Source of the DNA: Euprymna scolopes
Taxonomy: Eukaryota
Reading direction: 5' to 3' (one strand)
Length of the DNA stretch: 64,000 nt
NCBI GenBank assembly: GCA_053919585.1
Contig: JBSSHM010000055.1
Shown here: in pieces, positions 11,384 through 25,929 of the stretch
Position numbering within the stretch: position 1 is the stretch's first letter
Layout: each line of letters begins with the position of its first letter
Notes under the pieces: generated by a model
Told to the model about the DNA's origin: nothing
The model's input: only the letters and a program-made list of their open reading frames with translations
Database searches by the model: none
Position numbers and translations under genes: made by a program

Positions 11384-14300
11384 AGATTATGTATTGATAT
11401 CGCTTTTGTATTATTCCGTTGAATAGTGAATAGTCAGATTATGTATTGATATCGTTTTTGTATTATTCCGTTGAATACTGAATAGTCAGATTATGTATTG
11501 ATATCGTTTTTGTATTATTCCGTTGAATAGTGAATAGTCAGATTATGTATTGATATCGTTTTTGTATTATTCTGTTGAATAGTGAATAGTCAGATTATGT
11601 ATTGATATCGTTTTTGTATTATTCTGTTGAATAGTAAAAATACCGATTATGTATTGATATCATTGTTGTATTATTCTGTTGAATAGTGAATAGTCAGATT
11701 ATGTATTGATATCGTTTTTGTATTATTCCGTTGAATAGTGAATAGTCAGATTATGTATTGATATCGTTTTTGTATTATTCCGTTGAATAGTGAATAGTAA
11801 GATTATGTAATGATATCATTGTTGTATAATTCTGTTCAATAGTGAATAGTCAGATTATGTATTGATATCGTTTTTGTATTATTCCTTTGAATAGTGAATA
11901 GTCAGATTATGTATTGATATCGTTTTTGTATTATTCCGTTGAATAGTGAATAGTCAGATTATGTATTGATATCGCTTTTGTATTATTCCGTTGAATAGTT
12001 AATAGTCAGATTATGTATTGATATCATTTTTGTATTATTCCGTTGAATAGTGAATAGTCAGATTATGTATTGATATCGTTTTTGTATTATTCCGTTGAAT
12101 AGTGAATAGTCAGATTATGTATTAATCGTTTTTGTATTATTCCGTTGAATAGTGAATAGTCAGATTATGTATTGATATCGTTTTTGTATTATTCCGTTGA
12201 ATAGTGAATAGTCAGATTATGTATTGATATCGTTTTTGTATTATTCTGTTGAATAGTGAATAGTCAGATTATGTATTGATATCGTTTTTGTATTATTCTG
12301 TTGAATAGTCAATAGTCAGATTATGTATTGATATCGTTTTTGTATTATTCTGTTGAATAGTGAATAGTAAGATTATGTATTGATATCGTTTTTTATTATT
12401 CCGTTGAATAGTGAATAGTCAGATTATGTATTGATATCGTTTTTGCATTATTCCGTTGAATAGTCAGATTATGTATTGATATCGTTTTTGTATTATTCTG
12501 TTGAATAGTGAATAGTCAGATTATGTATTGATATCGTTTTTGTATTATTCTGTTGAATAGTTAATAGTCAGATTATTAATTTATATCATTGTTGTATTAT
12601 TCTGTTTAATAGTGAATAGTCAGATTATGTATTGATATCGTTTTTGTATTATTCCGTTGAATAGTGAATAGTCAGATTATGTATTGATATCGTTTTTGTA
12701 TTATTCTGTTGAATAGTGAATAGTCAGATTATGTATTGATATCGTTTTTGTATTATTCCGATGAATAGTGAATAGTCAGATTATGTATTGATATCGTTTT
12801 TTTATTATTCTGTTGAATACTGAATAGTCAGAGTATGTATTGATATCGTTTTTGTATTTTTCTGTTGAATAGTGAATAGTCAGATTATGTATTGATATCG
12901 TTTTTGTATTATTCTGTTGAATAGTGAATAGTCAGATTATGTATTGATATCGTTTTTGTATTATTCCGTTGAATAGTGAATAGTTAGATTATGTATTGAT
13001 ATCGTTTTTGTATTATTCTGTTGAATAGTGAATAGCAAGATTATGTATTGATATCGTTTTTGTATTATTCTGTTGAATAGTTAATAGTCAGATTATGTAT
13101 TGATATCGTTTTTGTATTATTCCGTTGAATAGTGAATAGTCAGATTATGTATTGATATTGTTTTTGTATTATTCCGTTGAATAGTGAATAGTCAGATAAT
13201 GTATTGATATCGTTTTTGTATTATTTCGTTGAATAGTGAATAGTCAGATTATGTATTGATATCGTTTTTGTATTATTCCGTTGAATAGTGAATAGTCAGA
13301 TTATGTATTGATATTGTTTTTGTATTATTCCGTTGAATAGTTAATAGTCAGATTATGTATTGATATCGTTTTTGTATTATTCCGTTGAATAGTGAATAGT
13401 CAGATTATGTATTTATATCGTTTTTGTATTATTCCGTTGAATAGTGAATAGTCCGATTATGTATTTATATCGTTTTTGTATTATTCTGTTGAATAGTGAA
13501 TAGTCAGATTATGTATTGATATCGTTTTTGTATTATTCTGTTGAATAGTTAATAGTCAGATTATGTATTGATATCGTTTTTGTATTATTCCGTTGAATAG
13601 TGAATAGTCCGATTATGTATTTATATCGTTTTTGTATTATTCTGTTGAATAGTGAATAGTCAGATTATGTATTGATATCGTTTTTGTATTATTCTGTTGA
13701 ATAGTGAATAGTCAGATTATGTATTGATATCGTTTTTGTATTATTCCGTTGAATAGTTAATAGTCAGATTATGTATTGATATCGTTTTTGTATTATTCCG
13801 TTGAATAGTGAATTGTCAGATTATGTATTGATATTGTTTTTGTATTATTCCGTTGAATAGTGAATAGTCAGATTATGTATTGATATCGTTTTTGTATTAT
13901 TCCGTTGAATAGTGAATAGTCAGATTATGTATTGATATCGTTTTTGTATTATTCTGTTGAATAGTGAATAGTCAGATTATGTATTGATATCGTTTTTTTA
14001 TTTTTCCTTTGAATAGTGAATAGTCAGATTATGTATTGATATCGTTTTTGTATTATTCCTTTGAATAGTGAATAGTCAGATTATGTATTGATATCGTTTT
14101 TGTATTATTCCGTTGAATAGTGAATAGTCAGATTATGTATTAATATCGTTTTTGTATTATTCCGTTGAATAGTGAATAGTCAGATTATGTATTAATCGTT
14201 TTTGTATTATTCCGTTGAATAGTGAATAGTCATATTATGTATTGATATCGTTTTTGTATTATTCCGTTTAATAGTGAATAGTCAGATTATGTATTGATAT

Positions 14301-17300
14301 CTTTTTTGTATTATTCTGTTGAATAGTGAATAGTCAGATTATGTATTGATATCGTTTTTGTATTATTCCTTTGAATAGTGAATAGTCAGATTATGTATTG
14401 ATATCGTTTTTGTATTATTCCTTTGAATAGTGAATAGTCAGATTATGTATTGATATCGTTTTTGTATTATTCTGTTGAATAGTGAATAGTCAGATAATGT
14501 ATTGATATCTTTTTTGTATTATTCTGTTGAATAGTGAATAGTCAGATTATGTATTGATATCGTTTTTGTATTATTCTGTTGAATAGTTAATAGTCAGATT
14601 ATTAATTTATATAATTGTTGTATTATTCTGTTGAATAGTGAATAGTCAGATTATGTATTGATATCGTTTTTGTATTATTCCGTTGAATAGTGAATAGTCA
14701 GATTATGTATTGATATCGTTTTTGTATTATTCTGTTGAATAGTGAAGAGTCAGATTATGTATTGATATCGTTTTTGTATTATTCTGTGTAATAGTGAATA
14801 GCAAGATTATGTATTGATATCGTTTTTTTATTATTCTGTTGAATACTGAATAGTCAGAGTATGTATTGATATCGTTTTTGTATTTTTCTGTTGAATAGTG
14901 AATAGTCAGATTATGTATTGATATCGTTTTTGTATTCTTCTGTTGAATAGTGAATAGTCAGATTATGTATTGATATCGTTTTTGTATTATTCTGTTGAAT
15001 AGTGAATAGTCAGATTATGTATTGATATCATTTTTGTATTATTCCGTTGAATAGTGAATAGTCAGATTATGTATTGATATCGTTTTTGTATTATTCCGTT
15101 GAATAGTGAATAGTCAGATTATGTATTAATCGTTTTTGTATTATTCCGTTGAATAGTGAATAGTCAGATTATGTATTGATATCGTTTTTGTATTATTCCG
15201 TTGAATAGTGAATAGTCAGATTATGTATTGATATCTTTTTTGTATTATTCTGTTGAATAGTGAATAGTCAGATTATGTATTGATATCGTTTTTGTATTAT
15301 TCCTTTGAATAGTGAATAGTCAGATTATGTATTGATATCGTTTTTGTATAATTCTGTTGAATAGTGAATAGTCAGATTATGTATTGATATCGTTTTTGTA
15401 TTATTCCGTTGAATAGTGAATAGTCAGATTATGTATTAATCCTTTTTGTATTATTCCGTTGAATAGTGAATAGTCAGATTATGTATTGATATCGTTTTTG
15501 TATTATTCCGTTGAATAGTGAATAGTCAGATTATGTATTGATATCTTTTTTGTATTATTCTGTTGAATAGTGAATAGTCAGATTATGTATTGATATCGTT
15601 TTTGTATTATTCCTTTGAATAGTGAATAGTCAGATTATGTATTGATATCGTTTTTGTATTATTCTGTTGAATAGTGAACAGTCAGATTATGTATTGATAT
15701 CGTTTTTGTATTATTCTGTTGAATAGTGAATAGTCAGATTATGTATTGATATCTTTTTTGTATTATTCCGTTGAATAGTGAATAGTCAGATTATGTATTG
15801 ATATCGTTTTTGTATTATTCCTTTGAATAGTGAATAGTCAGATTATGTATTGATATCGTTTTTTTATTATTCTGTTGAATAGTGAATAGTCAGATTATGT
15901 ATTGATATCTTTTTTGTATTATTCTGTTGAATAGTGAATAGTCAAATTATGTATTGATATCGTTTTTGTATTATTCTGTTGAATAATTAATAGTCAGATT
16001 ATTAATTTATATCATTGTTGTATTATTCTGTTGAATAGTGAATAGTCAGATTATGTATTGATATCGTTTTTGTATTATTCCGTTGAATAGTGAATAGTCA
16101 GATTATGTATTGATATCGTATTTATATTATTCTGTTGAATAGTGAATAGTCAGATTATGTATTGATATCGTTTTTGTATTATTCTGTGTAATAGTGAATA
16201 GCAAGATTATGTATTGATATCGTTTTTTTATTATTCTGTTGAATACTGAATAGTCAGAGTATGTATTGATATCGTTTTTGTATTTTTCTGTTGAATAGTG
16301 AATAGTCAGATTATGTATTGATATCGTTTTTGTATAATTCTGTTGAATAGTGAATAGTCAGATTATGTATTGATATCGTTTTTGTATTATTCCGTTGAAT
16401 AGTGAATAGTTAGATTATGTATTGATATCGTTTTTGTATTATTCTGTTGAATAGTGAATAGCAAGATTATGTATTGATATCGTTTTTGTATTATTCTGTT
16501 GAATAGTGAATAGTCAGATTATGTATTGATATCGTTTTTGTATTATTTCGTTGAATAGTGAATAGTCCGATTATGTATTTATATCGTTTTTGTATTATTC
16601 TGTTGAATAGTGAATAGTCAGATTATGTATTGATATCATTGTTGAATTATTCTGTTGAAAAGTAAATAGTCAGATTATGTATTAATATCGTTTTTTTATT
16701 ATTCTGTTGAATAGTGAATAGTCAGATTATGTATTGATATCGTTTTTGTATTATTCCTTTGAATAGTGAATAGTCAGATTATGTATTGATATCGTTTTTG
16801 TATTATTCTGTTGAATAGTGAATAGTCAGATTATGTATTGATATCTTTTTTGTATTATTCTGTTGAATAGTGAATAGTCAGATTATGTATTAATATCGTT
16901 TTTGTAATATTCTGTTGAATAGTGAATAGTCAGATTATGTATTGATATCGTTTTTGTATTATTCCGTGGAATAGTGAATAGTCAGATTATGTATTGATAT
17001 CGTTTTTGTATTATTCCGTTGAATAGTGAATAGTCAGATTATGTATTGATATCGTTTTTGTATTATTCCGTGGAATAGTGAATAGTCAGATTATGTATTG
17101 ATATCGTTTTTGTATTATTCCGTTGAATAGTGAATAGTCAGATTATGTATTGATATCGTTTTTGTATTATTCCGTTGAATAGTGAATAGTCAGATTATGT
17201 ATTGATATCTTTTTTGTATTATTCTGTTGAATAGTGAATAGTCAGATTATGTATTAATATCGTTTTTGTAATATTCCGTGGAATAGTGAATAGTAAGATT

Positions 17301-20300
17301 ATGTATTGATATCGTTTTTGTATTATTCTGTTGAATAGTGAATAGTCAGATTATGTATTGATATCGTTTTTGTATTATTCTGTTGAATAGTGAATAGTCA
17401 GATTATGTATTGATATCTTTTTTGTATTATTCTGTTGAATAGTGAATAGTCAGATTATGTATTGATATCTTTTTTGTATTATTCTGTTGAATAGTGAATA
17501 GTCAGATTATGTATTAATATCGTTTTTGTAATATTCCGTGGAATAGTGAATAGTAAGATTATGTATTGATATCGTTTTTGTATTATTCTGTTGAATAGTG
17601 AATAGTCAGATTATGTATTGATATCTTTTTTGTATTATTCTGTTGAATAGTGAATAGTCAGATTATGTATTGATATCGTTTTTGTATTATTCTGTTGAAT
17701 AGTGAATAGTCAGATTATGTATTGATATCGTTTTTGTATTATTCCGTTGAATAGTGAATAGTCAGATTATGTATTGATATCGTTTTTGTATTATTTCGTT
17801 GAATAGTGAATAGTCAGATTATGTATTGATATCGTTTTTGTATTATTCCGTTGAATAGTGAATAGTCAGATTATGTATTGATATCGTTTTTGTATTATTC
17901 CGTTGAATAGTGAATAGTCAGATTATGTATTGATATCGTTTTTGTATTATTTCTTTGAATAGTGAATAGTAAGATTATGTATTGATATCGTTTTTGTATT
18001 ATTCCGTTGAATAGTGAATAGTCAGATTATGTATTGATATTGTTTTTGTATTATTTCTTTGAATAGTGAATAGTCCGATTATGTATTGATATCGTTTTTG
18101 TATTATTCCGTTGAATAGTTAATAGTCAGATTATGTATTGATATCGTTTTTGTATTATTCCGTTGAATAGTGAATAGTCCGATTATGTATTTATATCGTT
18201 TTTGTATTATTCTGTTGAATAGTGAATAGTCAGATTATGTATTGATATCGTTTTTGTATTATTCTGTTGAATAGTGAATAGTCAGATTATGTATTGATAT
18301 CGTTTTTGTATTATTCCGTTGAATAGTTAATTGTCAGATTATGTATTGATATCGTTTTTGTATTATTCCGTTGAATAGTGAATAGTAAGATTATGTATTG
18401 ATATCATTGTTGTATAATTCTGTTCAATAGTGAATAGTCAGATTATGTATTGATATCGTTTTTTTATTATTCCTTTGAATAGTGAATAGTCAGATTATGT
18501 ATTGATATCGTTTTTGTATTATTCCGTTGAATAGTGAATAGTCAGATTATGTATTGATATCGTTTTTGTATTTTTCCGTTGAATAGTGAATAGTCAGATT
18601 ATGTATTGATATCGTTTTTGTATTATTCTGTTGAATAGTGAATAGTCAGATTATGTATTGATATCGTTTTTGTATTATTCTGTTGAATAGTAAAAATACC
18701 GATTATGTATTGATATCATTGTTGTATTATTCTGTTGAATAGTGAATAGTCAGATTATGTATTGATATCGTTTTTGTATTATTCCGTTTGATAGTGAATA
18801 GTCAGATTATGTATTGATATCGTTTTTGTATTATTCCGTTGAATAGTGAATAGTAAGATTATGTAATGATATCATTGTTGTATAATTCTGTTCAATAGTG
18901 AATAGTCAGATTATGTATTGATATCGTTTTTGTATTATTCCTTTGAACAGTGAATAGTCAGATTATGTATTGATATCGTTTTTGTATTATTCCGTTGAAT
19001 AGTGAATAGTCAGATTATGTATTGATATCGCTTTTGTATTATTCCGTTGAATAGTGAATAGTCAGATTATGTATTAATCGTTTTTGTATTATTCCGTTGA
19101 ATAGTGAATAGTCAGATTATGTATTTATATCGTTTTTTTTATTATTCCGTTGAATAGTGAATAGTCAGATTATGTATTGATATCGTTTTTGTATTATTCT
19201 GTTGAATAGTGAATAGTCAGATTATGTATTGATATCATTTTTGTATTATTCCGTTGAATAGTGAATAGTCAGATTATGTATTGATATCGTTTTTGTATTA
19301 TTCCGTTGAATAGTGAATAGTCAGATTATGTATTAATCGTTTTTGTATTATTCCGTTGAATAGTGAATAGTCAGATTATGTATTGATATCGTTTTTGTAT
19401 TATTCCGTTGAATAGTGAATAGTCAGATTATGTATTGATATCGTTTTTGTATTATTCTGTTGAATAGTGAATAGTCAGATTATGTATTGATATCGTTTTT
19501 GTATTATTCTGTTGAATAGTGAATAGTAAGATTATGTATTGATATCGTTTTTGTATTATTCCGTTGAATAGTGAATAGTCAGATTATGTATTGATATCGT
19601 TTTTGCATTATTCCGTTGAATAGTGAATAGTCAGATTATGTATTGATATCGTTTTTTTTATTATTCTGTTGAATAGTGAATAGTCAGATTATGTATTGAT
19701 ATCGTTTTTGTATTATTCTGTTGAATAGTGAATAGTCAGATTATGTATTGATATCGTTTTTGTATTATTCTGTTGAATAGTGAATAGTCAGATTATGTAT
19801 TAATATCGTTTTTGTATTATTCCGTGGAATAGTGAATAGTCAGATTATTTATTGATATCGTTTTTGTATTATTTCGTTGAATAGTGAATAGTCAGATTAT
19901 GTATTGATATCGTTTTTGTATTATTCTGTTGAATAGTGAATAGTCAGATTATGTATTGATATCCTTTTTGTATTTTTCCGTTGAATAGTGAATAGTCAGA
20001 TTATGTATTGATATCGTTTTTGTATTATTTCGTTGAATAGTGAATAGTCCGATTATGTATTTATATCGTTTTTGTATTATTCTGTTGAATAGTGAATAGT
20101 CAGATTATGTATTGATATCGTTTTTGTATTATTCTGTTGAATAGTGAATAGTCAGATTATGTATTGATATCGTTTTGTATTATTCTGTTGAATAGTGAAT
20201 AGTCAGATTATGTATTGATATCGTTTTGTATTATTCCGTTGAATAGTGAATAGTCAGATTATGTATTGATATCGTTTTTGTATTATTCTGTTGAATAGTG

Positions 20301-23300
20301 AATAGTCAGATTATGTATTGATATCGTTTTGTATTATTCCGTTGAATAGTGAATAGTCAGATTATGTATTGATATCGTTTTTGTATTATTCTGTTGAATA
20401 GTGAATAGTCAGATTATGTATTGATATCTTTTTTTTTTATTATTCTGTTGAATAGTGAATAGTCAGATTATGTATTAATATCGTTTTTGTATTATTCCGT
20501 GGAATTGTGAATAGTCAGATTATGTATTGATATCGTTTTTGTATTATTTCGTTGAATAGTGAATAGTCAGATTATGTATTGATATCGTTTTTGTATTATT
20601 CCGTTGAATAGTGAATAGTCAGATTATGTATTGATATTGTTTTTGTATTCTTTCTTTGAATAGTGAATAGTCCGATTATGTATTTATATCGTTTTTGTAT
20701 TATTCTGTTGAATAGTGAATAGTCAGATTATGTATTAATATCGTTTTTGTATTATTCTGTTGAATAGTGAATAGTCAGATTATGTATTGATATCGTTTTT
20801 GTATTATTCCGTTGAATAGTGAATAGTCAGATTATGTATTGATATCGTTTTTTTATTATTCCTTTGAATAGTGAATAGTCAGATTATGTATTGATATCGT
20901 TGTTATATTATTCTGTTGAATATTGAATAGTCAGATTATGTATTGATATCGTTTTTGTATTATTCTGTTGAATAGTGAATAGTCAGATTATGTATTGATA
21001 TCGTTTTTGTATTATTCCTTTGAATAGTTAATAGTCAGATCATGTATTGATATAGTTTTTGTATTATTCTGTTGAATAGTGAATAGTCAGATTATGTATT
21101 GATATCGTTTTTGTATTATTCCGTTGAATAGTGAATAGTCAGATTATGTATTGATATCGTTTTTGTATTATTCCGTTGAATAGTGAATAGTCAGATTATG
21201 TATTGATATCGTTTTTGTATTATTCCGTTGAATAGTAAATAGTCAGATTATGTATTGATATAGTTTTTGTATTATTCTGTTGAATAGTGAATAGTCCGAT
21301 TATGTATTGATATCGTTTTTGTATTATTCCTTTGAATAGTGAATAGTCTGATTATGTATTGATATCGTTTTTGTATTATTCCGTTGAATAGTGAATAGTC
21401 TGATTATGTATTGATATCGTTTGTGTATTATTCTGTTGAATAGTGAATAGTCAGATTATGTATTGATATCGTTTTTGTATTAATCCGTTGAATAGTGAAT
21501 AGTCAGATTATGTATTGATATCGTTTTTGTATTATTCCTTTGAATAGTGAATAGTCAGATTATGTATTAATATCGTTTGTGTATTATTCTGTTGAAAAGT
21601 GAATAGTCAGATTATGTATTAATATCGTTTTTGTATTATTCCTTTGAATAGTGAATAGTCAGATTATGTATTGATATCGTTTTTGTATTATTCCGTTGAA
21701 TAGTGAATAGTCAGATTATGTATTGATATCGTTTGTGTATTATTCCGTTGAATAGTGAATAGTCTGATTATGTATTGATATCGTTTGTGTATTATTCTGT
21801 TGAATAGTGAATAGTCAGATTATGTATTGATATCGTTTTTGTATTATTCTGTTGAAAAGTGAATAGTCAGATTATGTATTAATATCGTTTTTGTATTATT
21901 CCGTGAATAGTGAATAATCAGATTATGTATTGATATCGTTTTTGTATTATTCCTTTGAATAGTGAATAGTCAGATTATGTATTGATATCGTTTTTGTATT
22001 ATTCCGTTGAATAGTGAATAGTCAGATTATGTATTGATATCGTTTTTGTATTAATCCGTTGAATAGTGAATAGTCAGATTATGTATTGATATCGTTTTTG
22101 TATTATTCTGTTGAATAGTGAATAGTCAGATTATGTATTGATATCGTTTTTGTATTATTCCTTTGAATAGTGAATAGTCAGATTATGTATTGATATCGTT
22201 TTTGTATTATTCCGTTGAATAGTGAATAGTCAGATTATGTATTGATATCGTTTTTGTATTATTCCGTTGAATAGTGAATAGTCTGATTATGTATTGATAT
22301 CGTTTTTGTATTATTCCTTTGAATAGTGAATAGTCAGATTATGTATTGATATCTTTTTTGTATTATTCCGTTGAAAAGTGAATAGTCAGATTATGTATTT
22401 CATATCGTTTTTGTATTATTCCTTTGAATAGTGAATAGTCAGATTATGTATTGATATCGTTTTTGTATTATTCTGTTGAATAGTGAATAGTCAGATTATG
22501 TATTGAAATCGTTTTTTTATTATTCCTTTGAATATCGAATAGTCAGATTATGTATTGAAATCGTTTTTTTATTATTCCTTTGAATAGTGAATAGTCAGAT
22601 TATGTATTGATATCGTTTTTGTATTATTCTGTTGAATAGTGAATAGTCCGATTATGTATTGATATCGTTTTTGTATTATTCTGTTGAATAGTGAATAGTC
22701 AGATTATGTATTGATATCGTTTTTGTATTATTCCTTTGAATAGTGAATAGTCAGATCATGTATTGATATCGTTTTTGTATTATTCTGTTGAATAGTGAAT
22801 AGTCAGATTATGTATTGATATCGTTTTTTATTATTCCTTTGAATAGTGAATAGTCCGAGTATGTATTGATATCGTTTTTGTATTATTCCGTTGAATAGTG
22901 AATAGTAAGATTATGTATTGATATCGTTTTTTTATTATTCTGTTGAATAGTGAATAGTCAGATTATGTATTGATATCGTTTTTGTATTATTCTGTTGAAT
23001 AGTGAATAGTCCGATTATGTATTGATATCGTTTTTGTATTATTCTGTTGAATAGTAGATAGTCAGATTATGTATTGATATCGTTTTTTTATTATTCCTTT
23101 GAATAGTGAATAGTCAGATTATGTATTGATATCGTTTTTGTATTATTCCTTTGAATAGTGAATAGTCAGATTATGTATGGATATCGTTTTTGTATTATTC
23201 CGTTGAATAGTGAATAGTAAGATTATGTATTGATATCGTTTTTGTATTATTCCGTTGAATAGTGAATAGTAAGATTATGTATTGATATCGTTTTTTTATT

Positions 23301-25929
23301 ATTCTGTTGAATAGTGAATAGTCAGATTATGTATTGATATCGTTTTTGTATTATTCTGTTGAATAGTGAATAGTCCGATTATGTATTGATATCGTTTTTG
23401 TATTATTCTGTTGAATAGTGAATAGTCAGATTATGTATTGATATCGTTTTTTTAATATTCCTTTGAATAGTGAATAGTCAGATTATGTATTGATATCGTT
23501 TTTGTATTATTCCTTTGAATAGTGAATAGTCAGATTATGTATGGATATCGTTTTTGTATTATTCCGTTGAATAGTGAATAGTCAGATTATGTATTGATAT
23601 CGTTTTTGTATTATTCCTTTGAATAGTAGATAGTCAGATTATGTATTGATATCGTTTTTGTATTATTCCGTTGAATAATGAATAGTCAGATTATGTATTG
23701 ATATCGTTTTTGTATTATTCTGTTGAATAGTGAATAGTCAGATTATGTATGGATATCGTTTTTTTATTATTCCGTTGAATAGTGAATAGTCAGATTATGT
23801 ATAGATATCGTTTTTTTATTATTCCGTTGAATAGTGAATAGTCAGATTATGTATTGATATCGTTTTTGTATTATTCTGTTGAATAGTGAATAGTCAGATT
23901 ATGTATTGATATCGTTTTTGTATTATTCCGTTGAATAGTGAATAGTCAGATTATGTATTGATATCGTTTTTGTATTATTCTGTTGAATAGTGAATAGTGA
24001 GATTATGTATTGATATCGTTTTTGTATTATTCTGTTGAATAGTGAATAGTCAGATTATGTATGGATATCGTTTTTTTATTATTCCGTTGAATAGTGAATA
24101 GTCAGATTATGTATTGATATCGTTTTTGTATTATTCTGTTGAATAGTGAATAGTCAGATTATGTATTGATATCGTTTTTGTATTATTCTGTTGAATAGTG
24201 AATAGTCAGATTATGTATTGATATCGTTTTTTTATTATTCCGTTGAATAGTGAATAGTCAGATTATGTATTGATATCGTTTTTGTATTATTCTGTTGAAT
24301 AGTGAATAGTCAGATTATGTATTGATATCGTTTTTGTATTATTCTGTTGAATAGTGAATAGTCAGATTATGTATTGATATCGTTTTTGTATTATTCTGTT
24401 GAATAGTGAATAGTCAGATTATGTATTGATATCGTTTTTGTATTATTCTGTTGAATAGTGAATAGTCAGATTATGTATTGATATCGTTTTTTTATTATTC
24501 CGTTGAATAGTGAATAGTCAGATTATGTATTGATATCATTGTTGTATTATTCTGTTGAATAGTGAATCGTCAGATTATGTATTGATATCGTTTTTGTATT
24601 ATTCTGTTGAATAGTGAATAGTCAGATTATGTATTGATATCGTTTTTGTATTATTCTGTTGAATATTGAATAGTCAGATTATGTATTGATATCGTTTTTG
24701 TATTATTCCGTTGAATAGTGAATAGTCAGATTATGTATTGATATCGTTTTTGCATTATTCTGTTGAATAGTGAATAGTCAGATTATGTATTGATATCGTT
24801 TTTGTATTATTCTGTTGAATAGTGAATAGTCAGATTATGTATTGATATCGTTTTTGTATTATTCTGTTGAATAGTGAATAGTCAGATTATGTATTGATAT
24901 CGTTTTTGTATTATTCTGTTGAATAGTGAATAGTCAGATTATGTATTGATATCGTTTTTGTATTATTCTGTTGAATAGTGAATAGTCAGATTATGTATTG
25001 ATATCGTTTTTGTATTATTCTGTTTAATAGTGAATAGTCAGATTATGTATTGATATCGTTTTTGTATTATTCTGTTGAATAGTGAATAGTCAGATTATGT
25101 ATTGATATCGTTTTTGTATTATTCTGTTGAATATTGAATAGTCAGATTATGTATTGATATCGTTTTTGTATTATTCCGTTGAATAGTGAATAGTCAGATT
25201 ATGTATTGATATCGTTTTTGTATTATTCTGTTGAATAGTGAATAGTCAGATTATGTATTGATATCGTTTTTGTATTATTCTGTTGAATAGTGAATAGTCA
25301 GATTATGTATTGATATCGTTTTTGTATTATTCTGTTGAATAGTGAATAGTCAGATTATGTATTGATATCGTTTTTGTATTATTCTGTTGAATAGTGAATA
25401 GTCAGATTATGTATTGATATCGTTTTTGTATTATTCTGTTGAATAGTGAATAGTCAGATTATGTATTGATATCGTTTTTGTATTATTCTGTTGAATAGTG
25501 AATAGTCAGATTATGTATTGATATCGTTTTTGTATTATTCTGTTGAATAGTGAATAGTCAGATTATGTATTGATATCGTTTTTGTATTATTCTGTTGAAT
25601 AGTGAATAGTCAGATTATGTATTGATATCGTTTTTGTATTATTCTGTTGAATAGTGAATAGTCAGATTATGTATTGATATCGTTTTTGTATTATTCTGTT
25701 GAATAGTGAATAGTCAGATTATGTATTGATATCGTTTTTGTATTATTCTGTTGAATATTGAATAGTCAGATTATGTATTGATATCGTTTTTGTATTATTC
25801 CGTTGAATAGTGAATAGTCAGATTATGTATTGATATCGTTTTTGTATTATTCTGTTCAATAGTGAATAGTCAGATTATGTATTGATATCGTTTCTGTATT
25901 ATTCTGTTGAATAGTGAATAGTCAGATTA

